The notes under the pieces: model-generated
The model's input: only the letters and a program-made list of their open reading frames with translations
Told to the model about the DNA's origin: nothing
The model's database searches: none
Shown here: positions 1-8,134 of the stretch, in pieces
Position numbering within the stretch: the stretch's first letter is position 1
Layout: each line of letters starts with the position of its first letter
Position numbers and translations under genes: made by a program
Origin: an archaeon
GTDB taxonomy: Archaea > Thermoproteota > Nitrososphaeria > Conexivisphaerales > DTJL01
Direction of reading: 5' to 3'
NCBI GenBank assembly: GCA_021811935.1
Contig: JAKAPW010000001.1
Span: 1 to 49,703, forward strand
Length of the DNA: 49,703 nucleotides

Positions 1-109
1 ATCACTGATGCTGTTCGTAAGCCGGGACGCGCCCAACATAGCTCGTCACTGTCCGGTGAACCTGCGAAGTATGACGAAAACTCTGGCAGGCGTCACTTGT
101 AGCGCTAGG

Positions 110-185
110 CGGGCCCGGTGGGATTCGAACCCATGACCCCCGCCTTAGAGGGGCGGTGCTCTAATCCATGCTGAGCTACGGGCCC
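110..185 (-). tRNA. tRNA-Arg (anticodon UCU by manual fold)
   Basis: Minus-strand cloverleaf. Acceptor GGGCCCG/CGGGCCC, D arm GCUC...GAGC, anticodon stem CCGCC/GGCGG with loop CCUCUAA, T arm with GGGUUCGAAUCCC, discriminator G. CCA is not fully encoded. Confidence 0.8.
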
Positions 186-313
186 ACGGAATGGGGAATC
201 ATGGACCCCTCTCTCTGCGCCAGACTGGCTGCTAAAAAAGGCATCCGCCGATGGATGCCTTGCGCGTGGACGTGCCCCGCGCGTGAATATGCTTATCTAC
301 AACGAACGATCAA

Positions 314-928
314 TTGTCGGCGATGGTCAGGACAAACGTGGCTATAGACGAATCGATAGCCTATATCCTCTCGGACGAAGCGGGCAGGCAGAACAAGACG
401 CTGTATGCCTTTACCAACGAGCTCCTGAGCACGGTGCTCAAGATAACGAAGGAGGGGGGAGGCACGGGAGAGATTTACGCTTCGTGGCGGTTCATGCACA
501 TGCTCAGGGAGATCGACTCGGTCCCGCTGCCCGGCGACCTACTCGAGAAGCTCATCAACAAGCTCTTTGACAACGAAAAGGAATGGCTGCTCAAGGCCTG
601 GTACGAGGAGGGCGCGAAGCTCGGGACGTACCTCCAGCTGTATCAACCGAAGTTCGAAGAACTCGCCGACCTAGCCAGGGAGGTGAAGGCGCTGCTCCCG
701 ATGAAGAAGGTCGAGGTCATCAGGGGGCTGGACACGGGCGATTCCATCGAGTTCAGCATCAAGGCAATAGGGGCTGGCCTCTCCCCGGCATCCACCAACT
801 GCGCCGAGCGCTTCGTCCACGGAATCCTGTCCGCTTATTCGATGAAGATAGGCAGCAGCAGGGCGTCCGAAGGGATAATAGAGATCAAAGCCGCGCAGCC
901 GAAGGCTCAGCCGAGAAACGTCCTCTGA
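314..928 (+). CDS. hypothetical protein; N-terminus resembles a ribbon-helix-helix strand (VRTNVAIDESIAYILSDEA)
   Basis: 204-codon ORF with protein-like composition and GC-rich third positions. Starts at TTG 314, or alternatively ATG 323. No family recognised. Confidence 0.6.
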   Translation: MSAMVRTNVAIDESIAYILSDEAGRQNKTLYAFTNELLSTVLKITKEGGGTGEIYASWRFMHMLREIDSVPLPGDLLEKLINKLFDNEKEWLLKAWYEEGAKLGTYLQLYQPKFEELADLAREVKALLPMKKVEVIRGLDTGDSIEFSIKAIGAGLSPASTNCAERFVHGILSAYSMKIGSSRASEGIIEIKAAQPKAQPRNVL

Positions 929-936
929 CAGAGAAG

Positions 937-945
937 ATATTTATC
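937..945 (+). promoter_or_regulatory. TATA-box-like element (ATATTTATC) upstream of the phosphohexomutase gene
   Basis: AT-rich octamer in GC-rich DNA, ending about 26 nt before TTG 971. The same spacing recurs at many operon-leading genes in this window. Confidence 0.4.
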
Positions 946-970
946 GCGCGGCGGCGCCGGGTGCCTCGCT

Positions 971-2320
971 TTGGGTCGACTCTTCGGGACCAACGGCATC
1001 AGAGGTGTCCCGGGCAGGGAACTTACCCCGGAACTCATAATGGCGGTCGGCAGGGCCGTCTCCGAAAGGCTAGGCGGAAGGATAGCCGTGGGCAGGGACG
1101 GCAGGTCGTCGAGTCCCATGATGTCGGAGCTTATGGTTTCGACCCTGCTGGATTCCGGGTCGGACGTCTGCGACGCGGGGGTGCTTCCCACCCCAGCCCT
1201 CCAGTACTACGCAGGTTCTGGCGGCTTCGATGGCGGCGTGATGATAACCGCTTCGCACAACCCACCGGAGTTCAACGGCATCAAGGTGATGGGGCCGAAC
1301 GGGACAGAGATATCCAGGGAGACGGAGGGCGAAATAGAAGCGCTGGTCGCCTCCGAGGGGCGGAAGCGCGGGCCGAAGCCGGGCGGACTGAGGCAGGGGA
1401 CAGACGCGATCGAACGTTATCTGCAGGCCGTGGTCGGACACGCGCTCTCCGAACGGATACGTTCGGCGGGGCTGAAGGTCGTGGTCGACGCCGGGAACGG
1501 GATGCAGGCTCTGGCGGTCCCCGAGCTCCTTGGCCGGCTGGGCTGCTCCGCCGTGTGCCTGAACTGCGAGGTCGACGGTGGCTTCCCCGGAAGAGGGTCC
1601 GAACCTGCCCTGGAGAAGCTCGGCGGCCTTTCCAAGGCGGTGGTCGACGCGGGGGCGAACCTCGGGGTCGCGTTCGACGGGGACGGGGACAGGTCGGTCT
1701 TCTGCGACGAAAAGGGGACGGTCTACACGGGGGACAGGTCGGGCTCGCTGCTGGTCGACCACATACTCTCCACCGGAGGAAGGGGGAAGGTGGTTACGAC
1801 TGTGGCCACCTCGAAGATAGTGGAATGGGCCGTCCGGAAGAATGATTCCGAGCTCGTGCTCACCCGGGTGGGGAGCGTCGACGTCACGCACGCCATGGTG
1901 ACGCAGGGCTGCGTCGCCGGCCTCGAAGAGAACGGGGGCTTCTTCTACGCCCCTCACCAGCCGGTCAGGGACGGGGCGATGGCGCTCGTCCTCATGCTCA
2001 ACGTCCTGGCCGAGAGGAGGAAGAAGCTGTCGGAAGCCATGGCAGAGCTCCCGGCTTTCTACCAGAGGAAGGGGAAGGTACCCTCGGGCAAGGCGGATGT
2101 GACGAGGGCCCTTTCGGAGGACGCCGGGGGGGCCCAAGTGGACCTCACGGACGGCGTCAAACTCTCCTTCGGGGACGGCTCCTGGGTCCTGGTCAGGCCA
2201 AGCGGGACGGAGCCGCTGATACGGGTCTTCGCAGAGGCGAAGACCGAGAATAGGGCAGAAGAATTATATGAAAAATACTTCGGCATCGTAAGAAAGTTAA
2301 CAACAAAAAAGGCGGCTTAA
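971..2320 (+). CDS. alpha-D-phosphohexomutase (phosphoglucosamine / phosphomannomutase type)
   Basis: N-terminal FGTNGIRG, active-site GVMITASHNPPEFNGIKV, Mg-binding GVAFDGDGDRSVF, C-terminal VRPSGTEP. Confidence 0.9.
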   Translation: MGRLFGTNGIRGVPGRELTPELIMAVGRAVSERLGGRIAVGRDGRSSSPMMSELMVSTLLDSGSDVCDAGVLPTPALQYYAGSGGFDGGVMITASHNPPEFNGIKVMGPNGTEISRETEGEIEALVASEGRKRGPKPGGLRQGTDAIERYLQAVVGHALSERIRSAGLKVVVDAGNGMQALAVPELLGRLGCSAVCLNCEVDGGFPGRGSEPALEKLGGLSKAVVDAGANLGVAFDGDGDRSVFCDEKGTVYTGDRSGSLLVDHILSTGGRGKVVTTVATSKIVEWAVRKNDSELVLTRVGSVDVTHAMVTQGCVAGLEENGGFFYAPHQPVRDGAMALVLMLNVLAERRKKLSEAMAELPAFYQRKGKVPSGKADVTRALSEDAGGAQVDLTDGVKLSFGDGSWVLVRPSGTEPLIRVFAEAKTENRAEELYEKYFGIVRKLTTKKAA

Positions 2321-2334
2321 TCTGACTAACAGTC

Positions 2335-2511
2335 TTACTGGAGGCCGAGTTCGGGGAATCTGGCCTTCGTAACCCCCAGCTCTTCCTGGAGGGTCCTGAT
2401 TCTCTTTGCGTATTCTGTCATCTTTGCCTTGTCGTTCTGGACTTTTGCTATTTTGTAGGCCTTCCATGCCTTCTTTAAAGCGCCCCACGTCTGTCCTTTC
2501 GTGTATGACAT
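2335..2511 (-). CDS. small lysine-rich hypothetical protein (58 aa, MSYTKGQTWGALKKAWKAYKIAKVQNDKAKMTEYAKRIRTLQEELGVTKARFPELGLQ)
   Basis: Below the 60-aa ORF-track cut-off; found by manual translation. ATG preceded by GAGGT at about 8 nt and by a TTTTATG box about 36 nt upstream. Sits in an otherwise empty 370-nt gap. Confidence 0.5.
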   Translation of the reverse strand: MSYTKGQTWGALKKAWKAYKIAKVQNDKAKMTEYAKRIRTLQEELGVTKARFPELGLQ

Positions 2512-2660
2512 CCGTAATACCTCTACCGACTCATACGAAAGGAGACATAAAAGGCTTTCGTGCGACGTGCCCTCACCGCGGCCAGGAGCCTCCCCCTCAC
2601 AAGCGGGCCGCGCAGTCTGGAGCCTCCGAAGTGTGCACCATCGCGCCCGGGCCGGGACTG

Positions 2661-2668
2661 TTTATATA
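2661..2668 (+). promoter_or_regulatory. TATA box (TTTATATA) for the MFS gene
   Basis: Ends 25 nt before TTG 2694, consistent with a leaderless transcript. Confidence 0.45.
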
Positions 2669-2693
2669 GCATGTCGGCGAGGAGTGGCCAGCC

Positions 2694-4031
2694 TTGCCCG
2701 ACTCCATTCTGTCGGCCATGGATTCTCAGAAGATGTCCAAGTTCCACGGGGTGATTACCGTCCTTGCCGCGATGGGTGTCTTTCTTGACGGGTACGACAT
2801 ATCCATCATCTCTGTCGCTCTCCTCTTCATAAAGCCCGAATTCAACACCACTCCATACGAGCTGGGGCTGATCGGGGCCGCCACCAGCCTGGGGATGCTC
2901 TTCGGGGCTATGGCGTTCGGCTACATGTCGGACAAGTTCGGCAGGAGGATAATGTTCCTGTGGGACCTCCTATTCTTCGTGGTGTTCGCCATCCTGTCGG
3001 CGCTGGCCCAGAACACCGTGCAACTGATTGTTTTCCGATTCCTGCTCGGGATAGGCCTCGGCGCAGATTATGCCCTGAGCACAACCATAGTCGCCGAGTT
3101 CTCCCCTGCAAGAAGCAGGGGGAAGCTCCTTGCCGGGAACCTTCTCGCATGGTGGGTCGGAAGTGCCGTCGCGTACGTCACCGGGCTCGCTCTCCTCCCG
3201 CTGGGAGCGGTCTCATGGAGGTACATGATAGCGCTCGGCGTCATACCGGCGTTGGCCGTGATAGTAGGCAGGAAGTGGCTCCCCGAGTCGCCCAGATGGC
3301 TCATCTCCCACGGCCAGGCGGACAAGGCGGCCCAGGTGGTCGAAAGGTTGACGGGGAAGAAGGTGACGCCCTCCGAAATCGAATCGGCGTACGACGCGGA
3401 GAAGTCGGCGAAGGTCCCCGTCAAGGAGCTCTTCTCCAAGAGTCTGATTCGCTCCACGGCGTTCGTGTGGGGGTTCTGGTTCGCCTTCGATTTTGTCTTC
3501 TATGGCATAGGCATATTCACGCCGAGCCTCCTGCAGGCGCTCGGCCTGAAGGGGATCACCGCCGCCGTCCAGGCGTCTGTGTTCATAGCGATCCTCGAGG
3601 TCTGTGCGTCGACATTGTCCCTGTTCCTCATGGACAGGCTGGGCAGGAGGACCATAACGGCGGTGGGCTTTCTGGTCGGTGGCGTGGCGCTGATAACGCT
3701 GGCGTTGATCTATCCGCCGGCCGCCCTCCCGATGCTGGTCCTCTTCCCGCTCTATGCCTTCTTCCTGGCCTTCGGGCCTGGGACCACCGACTTCGTCTAC
3801 TCCGTCGAGCTCTTCCCGACCAGGGTGCGCAGCACGGGCCAGGCCAGCAGCACGGCCGTGAGCAGGGTGGGGGCCGTCATCAGCATCTTCTTCTTCCCCT
3901 CGCTGCTGCTGTTCTGGGGGGTCCCGAACTCGCTGATCTTCTTCGGCATAGTCGGCCTCCTCGGATTCCTCGTGACCCTGGTCTTGGGCGTGGAGACCAA
4001 GAGGAAGTCGCTCGAAGAGATAGCGAAGTAG
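2694..4031 (+). CDS. MFS transporter, sugar-porter-like
   Basis: 12-TM-like hydrophobic profile. Motifs FLDGYDISIISVAL, MSDKFGRR, PESPRWL and DRLGRR are typical of the sugar-porter/MFS_1 family. Confidence 0.85.
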   Translation: MPDSILSAMDSQKMSKFHGVITVLAAMGVFLDGYDISIISVALLFIKPEFNTTPYELGLIGAATSLGMLFGAMAFGYMSDKFGRRIMFLWDLLFFVVFAILSALAQNTVQLIVFRFLLGIGLGADYALSTTIVAEFSPARSRGKLLAGNLLAWWVGSAVAYVTGLALLPLGAVSWRYMIALGVIPALAVIVGRKWLPESPRWLISHGQADKAAQVVERLTGKKVTPSEIESAYDAEKSAKVPVKELFSKSLIRSTAFVWGFWFAFDFVFYGIGIFTPSLLQALGLKGITAAVQASVFIAILEVCASTLSLFLMDRLGRRTITAVGFLVGGVALITLALIYPPAALPMLVLFPLYAFFLAFGPGTTDFVYSVELFPTRVRSTGQASSTAVSRVGAVISIFFFPSLLLFWGVPNSLIFFGIVGLLGFLVTLVLGVETKRKSLEEIAK

Positions 4032-4067
4032 CGAGCGGGCCTGCCGGGCGAAGCCGAGGTATCATCC

Positions 4068-4520
4068 TCACTTCGTCTTCGCTGCGAGGCAGGAGATTAT
4101 CTCCCCGGCCATGCCTCTGGTCATGCTTTCGAACTTCGCACCCCCGATCAGCCTTTCCAGAAGCCCGGCGTCCAAGGAAGCGTCCCACTCGAGCCTAGAG
4201 CCTTGTGCCTCCTCGTGCACCAATATCCGGAGGTCCAGCTTTATCTTGACTCCCGCGGACCTCCCTTCGCCATGGATGCCGACCTCGTCGGGCCCCCGTG
4301 AAACCCTGAAGACCATCCTGACGCCTATGTTCTTCATATAACCGACGCCGGCCCCCTCCGGGATTTCGACCTTGAACCTGGCCGCGAACTCGTCTCCGTT
4401 GCCGCCCTCCAGCCCCGCCAAGTTCGGAAGGCATTGGGCAAACCTGCCCGGGTCGGCGAGGAATTCCAGTACAGCTTTGCCGCCGACGGGGAGCCTTTCC
4501 TCCCCGTGCAGCGTTATCAA
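4068..4520 (-). CDS. SRPBCC / CoxG-like small protein
   Basis: The C-terminal ~150 aa of ORF 4068..4643 resemble the CoxG family (LADPGRFAQCLPN..., ...LEWDASLDAGLLERLIGGAKFESMTRGMAGEIISCL). I place the start at in-frame TTG 4520, which overlaps the upstream TGA (TTGA). The start is uncertain. Confidence 0.65.
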   Translation of the reverse strand: MITLHGEERLPVGGKAVLEFLADPGRFAQCLPNLAGLEGGNGDEFAARFKVEIPEGAGVGYMKNIGVRMVFRVSRGPDEVGIHGEGRSAGVKIKLDLRILVHEEAQGSRLEWDASLDAGLLERLIGGAKFESMTRGMAGEIISCLAAKTK

Positions 4521-5698
4521 GAGGACGCCTCCCTTTCTACCTCCGTGAAGCTGGCGCCGAAGCCATACACCTCCTCGCCTATGGTCCCCCTCATAGAAGC
4601 CGCCGGCTCGAGGACGGGTATCTTCGTTTCCTTGGTCGTGCATTCTGCCTTTATGCCCAGCTTCTGGCAGGCCGAGTCGGATACCTTCTCCGCCATCAGC
4701 CTCGACGTCGTCAGCTTCCCCCCGATGACCGTCAGTATGTCCTCGTCGTCCAGCACCTGGAAATCTCTGCTGGCCGACCTGGCGTCGTCCGCCTTCAGCA
4801 ACGGCCTTGCTGACCAGTATAGCCTGGAGTACTTCCTATCTCTGAGCGCGGGTACCATGACGGACCCCTCCTCCACCAGATAGCGCACGTCGTCGTCCTC
4901 GATGTGCACGTCGTCCACGTCTTCCACCACCTGGGCGGTCGTCCCCAATATGCAGCTCCCGTAGAAGGGAAGCAGTATATCGCCGTCGGATGGTGGCCTC
5001 AGGCGGTTTATCACGCGATCGACCAGCCTTCCGTCATAGGCCAGCATCAGACCTATCGCCGGCATCATGTCGACCATGTTGCCGTACATGGCGCATATCT
5101 TGTCCGCCCACGGCCCGGCGGCGTTGACCAGCAGCCTTGCGGAGACCTCCCCTCTGTCGGTTTTCACGGTCATCTTCCTCCTATCTATGCCCGTGACGTT
5201 ATGGTTCAGCAGGAACCTGGCCCCCTTTGCCTTGGCCAGCACGGCGACGCCCCCGAAGAGCCTGAACGGGTCGACCACCATGTCGGGCACGGAGGCAGCA
5301 AAACGGACCTTCGGGCTCAGCGCCGGCTCCGCGCGTTTCAGCTCGGCAAGGTCGACCGCCTTGCATTCTATCTCCGAATCGTCCATCCCCTTGAGGAACC
5401 TGTCGGCGAATGCGTCGTCGTCGCCTTCCAGCGAGACGAACAGCCCCCCCACGTCGAAGACTGCGCCGCCGGCTATTCTGCGAATCGTGCTGCTCTCCTG
5501 CCGGCACTCCACGGCTGCCGCCTTGTCGGTCGTGGCGTATCTGGCGCCGCTGTGGAGGAGGCCGTGGAAGCGGCCCGACGTCCCCCTCAGCATGCCCTGC
5601 CTATCTATCAGGACGACGGACAATCCCCTGAGCGACAGGTCAAGTGCGGTGAACAGGCCGGTCGCCCCCGCCCCTATTATCACAATGTCGGCGTCCAT
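4517..5698 (-). CDS. FAD-dependent glycerol-3-phosphate dehydrogenase, short GlpA-type
   Basis: DADIVIIGAGATG dinucleotide fold followed by GTSGRFHGLLHSGARYA (GlpA/GlpD signature). Start set at ATG 5698 (MDADIVIIG), 26 nt from a TATA box; the track ORF extends to TTG 5755. Confidence 0.85.
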   Translation of the reverse strand: MDADIVIIGAGATGLFTALDLSLRGLSVVLIDRQGMLRGTSGRFHGLLHSGARYATTDKAAAVECRQESSTIRRIAGGAVFDVGGLFVSLEGDDDAFADRFLKGMDDSEIECKAVDLAELKRAEPALSPKVRFAASVPDMVVDPFRLFGGVAVLAKAKGARFLLNHNVTGIDRRKMTVKTDRGEVSARLLVNAAGPWADKICAMYGNMVDMMPAIGLMLAYDGRLVDRVINRLRPPSDGDILLPFYGSCILGTTAQVVEDVDDVHIEDDDVRYLVEEGSVMVPALRDRKYSRLYWSARPLLKADDARSASRDFQVLDDEDILTVIGGKLTTSRLMAEKVSDSACQKLGIKAECTTKETKIPVLEPAASMRGTIGEEVYGFGASFTEVEREASS

Positions 5699-5724
5699 GT
5701 CTATGTTCTGGAGCCGGACAACGG

Positions 5725-5730
5725 TTATAA
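5725..5730. promoter_or_regulatory. palindromic TATA element (TTATAA) shared by divergent genes
   Basis: The only AT-rich element in the 56-nt gap between minus ATG 5698 (26 nt away) and plus ATG 5755 (24 nt away). Confidence 0.45.
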
Positions 5731-5754
5731 GCAGAGCGCCGGCGTCTGTTATCA

Positions 5755-6567
5755 ATGAAGCGGCCCGACGCCGTCCTTGATAGGGTTATGGAGAAGAAGG
5801 TGATGATCTTCGACGGCGACGGCACCCTCTACATAGACACCAAGAAGACGCCCGGAGCGGCTGCCTTCCTTGATTACGTGGCGAAGGCGGGGAAGAAGTT
5901 CGCCATAATGACGAACAACTCTTCATACAGCAAGAGGCACCATATGGAGAGGGTCGGCAGGACTCTCGGCAGGAAACTCGGCGATGACGAGCTGTTCGTA
6001 TCGACAGAAGCGGCGGCGAACTACCTGCGGGACCGTGGTGCAGGCAGGGCGTTCATCGTCGGCACCCCCGACTGCGTCGAAGATTTTCGCCTTCGCGGTG
6101 TTCGCTTTGAGGAAGACGACCCGGACGCGGTGGTCATAGCCTTTGACAGGACGCTGACGTACGGCAAGGTGAGGAGAGCTGCCGGGCTGATAATGAAAGG
6201 GAAACCCTACATACTGACGAATCCCGACATGGTCTGCCCGACCAAAGGGGGGTACATCCCCGACGCGGGATCGATAGCCGCCATGATAAAATCGGCCACC
6301 AACAAGGAACCCATGGCGGTCACGGGGAAACCAAGCAAAATATTCCTCGACCACGTCCTGCGCGAGCTCGACGCCGAGAGTTCGGAGTGTGTCATGTTCG
6401 GGGACAGGGTCTATACGGACATAGCCATGGCCAACGATGCAGGCGTCCTGTCCGTCCTCCTGCTGACCGGTGAAACCAAGGCAAAGGATGTCAGAGGCAC
6501 CCGCGGGCCCGACATCGTAATCGATTCGTTCGGCGACCTTCTCCATACGCTCACCCGAAAAGCGTGA
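5755..6567 (+). CDS. HAD-superfamily hydrolase, subfamily IIA (NagD-like sugar-phosphate phosphatase)
   Basis: Motif I FDGDGTLY, then TNNSS, GKP and GDRVYTDI. Confidence 0.85.
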   Translation: MKRPDAVLDRVMEKKVMIFDGDGTLYIDTKKTPGAAAFLDYVAKAGKKFAIMTNNSSYSKRHHMERVGRTLGRKLGDDELFVSTEAAANYLRDRGAGRAFIVGTPDCVEDFRLRGVRFEEDDPDAVVIAFDRTLTYGKVRRAAGLIMKGKPYILTNPDMVCPTKGGYIPDAGSIAAMIKSATNKEPMAVTGKPSKIFLDHVLRELDAESSECVMFGDRVYTDIAMANDAGVLSVLLLTGETKAKDVRGTRGPDIVIDSFGDLLHTLTRKA

Positions 6568-6638
6568 CGGTGAGGTACTGGGCCGGGAAACGACTGCGGG
6601 ATGCGGGTCGTTAAGAGGGAACCTTTGACGGTATTGTG

Positions 6639-8033
6639 CTACCTGCCCGCCGCGTCCTCTTCCGGCACCAGCTTGGGGCGTCTATACTTCGCCGTCGCTA
6701 TCTGCTCCAGGGTCAATCCCTTCGTTTCAGGGGTGAAGAGTATCGAGAAGACAAAGGCGATAGCCATCACGACTACGAGCGCCTCGAAGAACGCGAGCTT
6801 GCCTATGGACAGGAGTATATAGGGGAACTCGAACGCGCTGAGGAATGAAACGAACCGCGTTATCGACGTCGCGGAGCCCATGGAGGCCGACCTGAGCTTT
6901 GTCGGAAGCAGTTCGATGGCGTAGAGGCCCATCGTGTTCCCGGGCCCAAGGTTGCCGACCCCGTACCATAATATGAGGCCCAGTATGCCAAGGGCTAGGA
7001 CGGCTGCGCCAGCGTACGATGAGGCCACGGCCACGAATATCATGCCGAGGGTCATCGCGCCGAAGCCCACTATCTGCAGCATCCGCCTTCCCACTACGTC
7101 ATTCAGGTACGCGGCGCCCATGGCGCCCAGGAATCCCGGCACGTACAGCAGGGAAGACAGGAGTATGCTTATGGGACCCTTGAAGCCAAGCACCGCGAGA
7201 ATCAGAGGAGCGTAGAGGCCGAATCCGTAGGCGCCTATGTCGAACAGTATCCACTGCACCCAGACTATGGCCGTCCTCTTTAGGTTCTCACCCTTGAAGA
7301 GGGCAGAAATGGATCCCGCCGACACGCCCTCCTGTTTCTTCTTCTCTTCAAGCAACGCCTCTATGTCGGTGGACGCCATGCCTGTCTGAGATGCAAGAAC
7401 CTTGGCCTCGTCGACGGCCGTGTCTCCGTGCGCGACGACCTTCCACCTTGAGGATTCCGGCATGCGCGTTCGTAGGAAGACGGTGATGAGGGCGGGCACA
7501 GCGCCGAGCCCCAGTGCATACCTCCACGCTTCCAGCGGCGCGGCCAGGAAGAACAGGTAACCGAGCAGGAACGACACGCCTGCGCCTATGCTCCAAAACG
7601 CCCATACCCAGCCATAACCCGCTCCTCTCTTCTGGTTGGGATACATCTCCGTAGCGTATACGGGGCTCAAGGCATAATCTGCCCCGACGCCCCATCCAAT
7701 GAAGAAGCGGAATACTATCATCTCGAATACGTTGGTCGACAGCGCGCTCAGGATGGCAAAGACCACGAAGAAAAGCAGGTCGAACATGTACAGGTATCTT
7801 CTGCCTATCTTGTCTGAATAATGACCGAAGAGGACCGCGCCGACCATCGCACCGAGTAGAGCAGAGCCGCTGACAAAGCCCAACTCGAAGAGCGTGTAAG
7901 GGAACATCTTGTAGGCCGTAAGGATGAACGTGAACACAGAGATGACGCTGAGGTCATATCCATCAAGGAAGTAACCCATTGCGGACAAAATCGTATAGGT
8001 GGACCTGCTCGGCACGTGCAGTTCTGCCTTCAC
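6639..8033 (-). CDS. MFS transporter, sugar-porter-like (paralogue of 2694..4031)
   Basis: FLDGYDLSVISVF, SDKIGRR, PESSRW, GRRMLQ. GTG start with a TATA-like CTTATAG about 22 nt upstream. Confidence 0.85.
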   Translation of the reverse strand: MKAELHVPSRSTYTILSAMGYFLDGYDLSVISVFTFILTAYKMFPYTLFELGFVSGSALLGAMVGAVLFGHYSDKIGRRYLYMFDLLFFVVFAILSALSTNVFEMIVFRFFIGWGVGADYALSPVYATEMYPNQKRGAGYGWVWAFWSIGAGVSFLLGYLFFLAAPLEAWRYALGLGAVPALITVFLRTRMPESSRWKVVAHGDTAVDEAKVLASQTGMASTDIEALLEEKKKQEGVSAGSISALFKGENLKRTAIVWVQWILFDIGAYGFGLYAPLILAVLGFKGPISILLSSLLYVPGFLGAMGAAYLNDVVGRRMLQIVGFGAMTLGMIFVAVASSYAGAAVLALGILGLILWYGVGNLGPGNTMGLYAIELLPTKLRSASMGSATSITRFVSFLSAFEFPYILLSIGKLAFFEALVVVMAIAFVFSILFTPETKGLTLEQIATAKYRRPKLVPEEDAAGR

Positions 8034-8134
8034 ATGGGGCGCTTAGTAGCGTCCCCTATAAGAATGCTTCTTATATTAGAAGAACCGGTTTTTGCTGTAC
8101 AATTCTGTCGAAATTATGTGGTTGTCTGTGACCT

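Noticed and set aside
583-4198. Long ORFs overlapping the phosphohexomutase and MFS genes in other frames or antisense (583..1845, 1070..2137, 2960..4198 and others).
   Set aside because: They are Arg/Gly/Pro/Ala-rich low-complexity translations, typical of off-frame reading of GC-rich genes. The in-frame alternatives carry clear family motifs.
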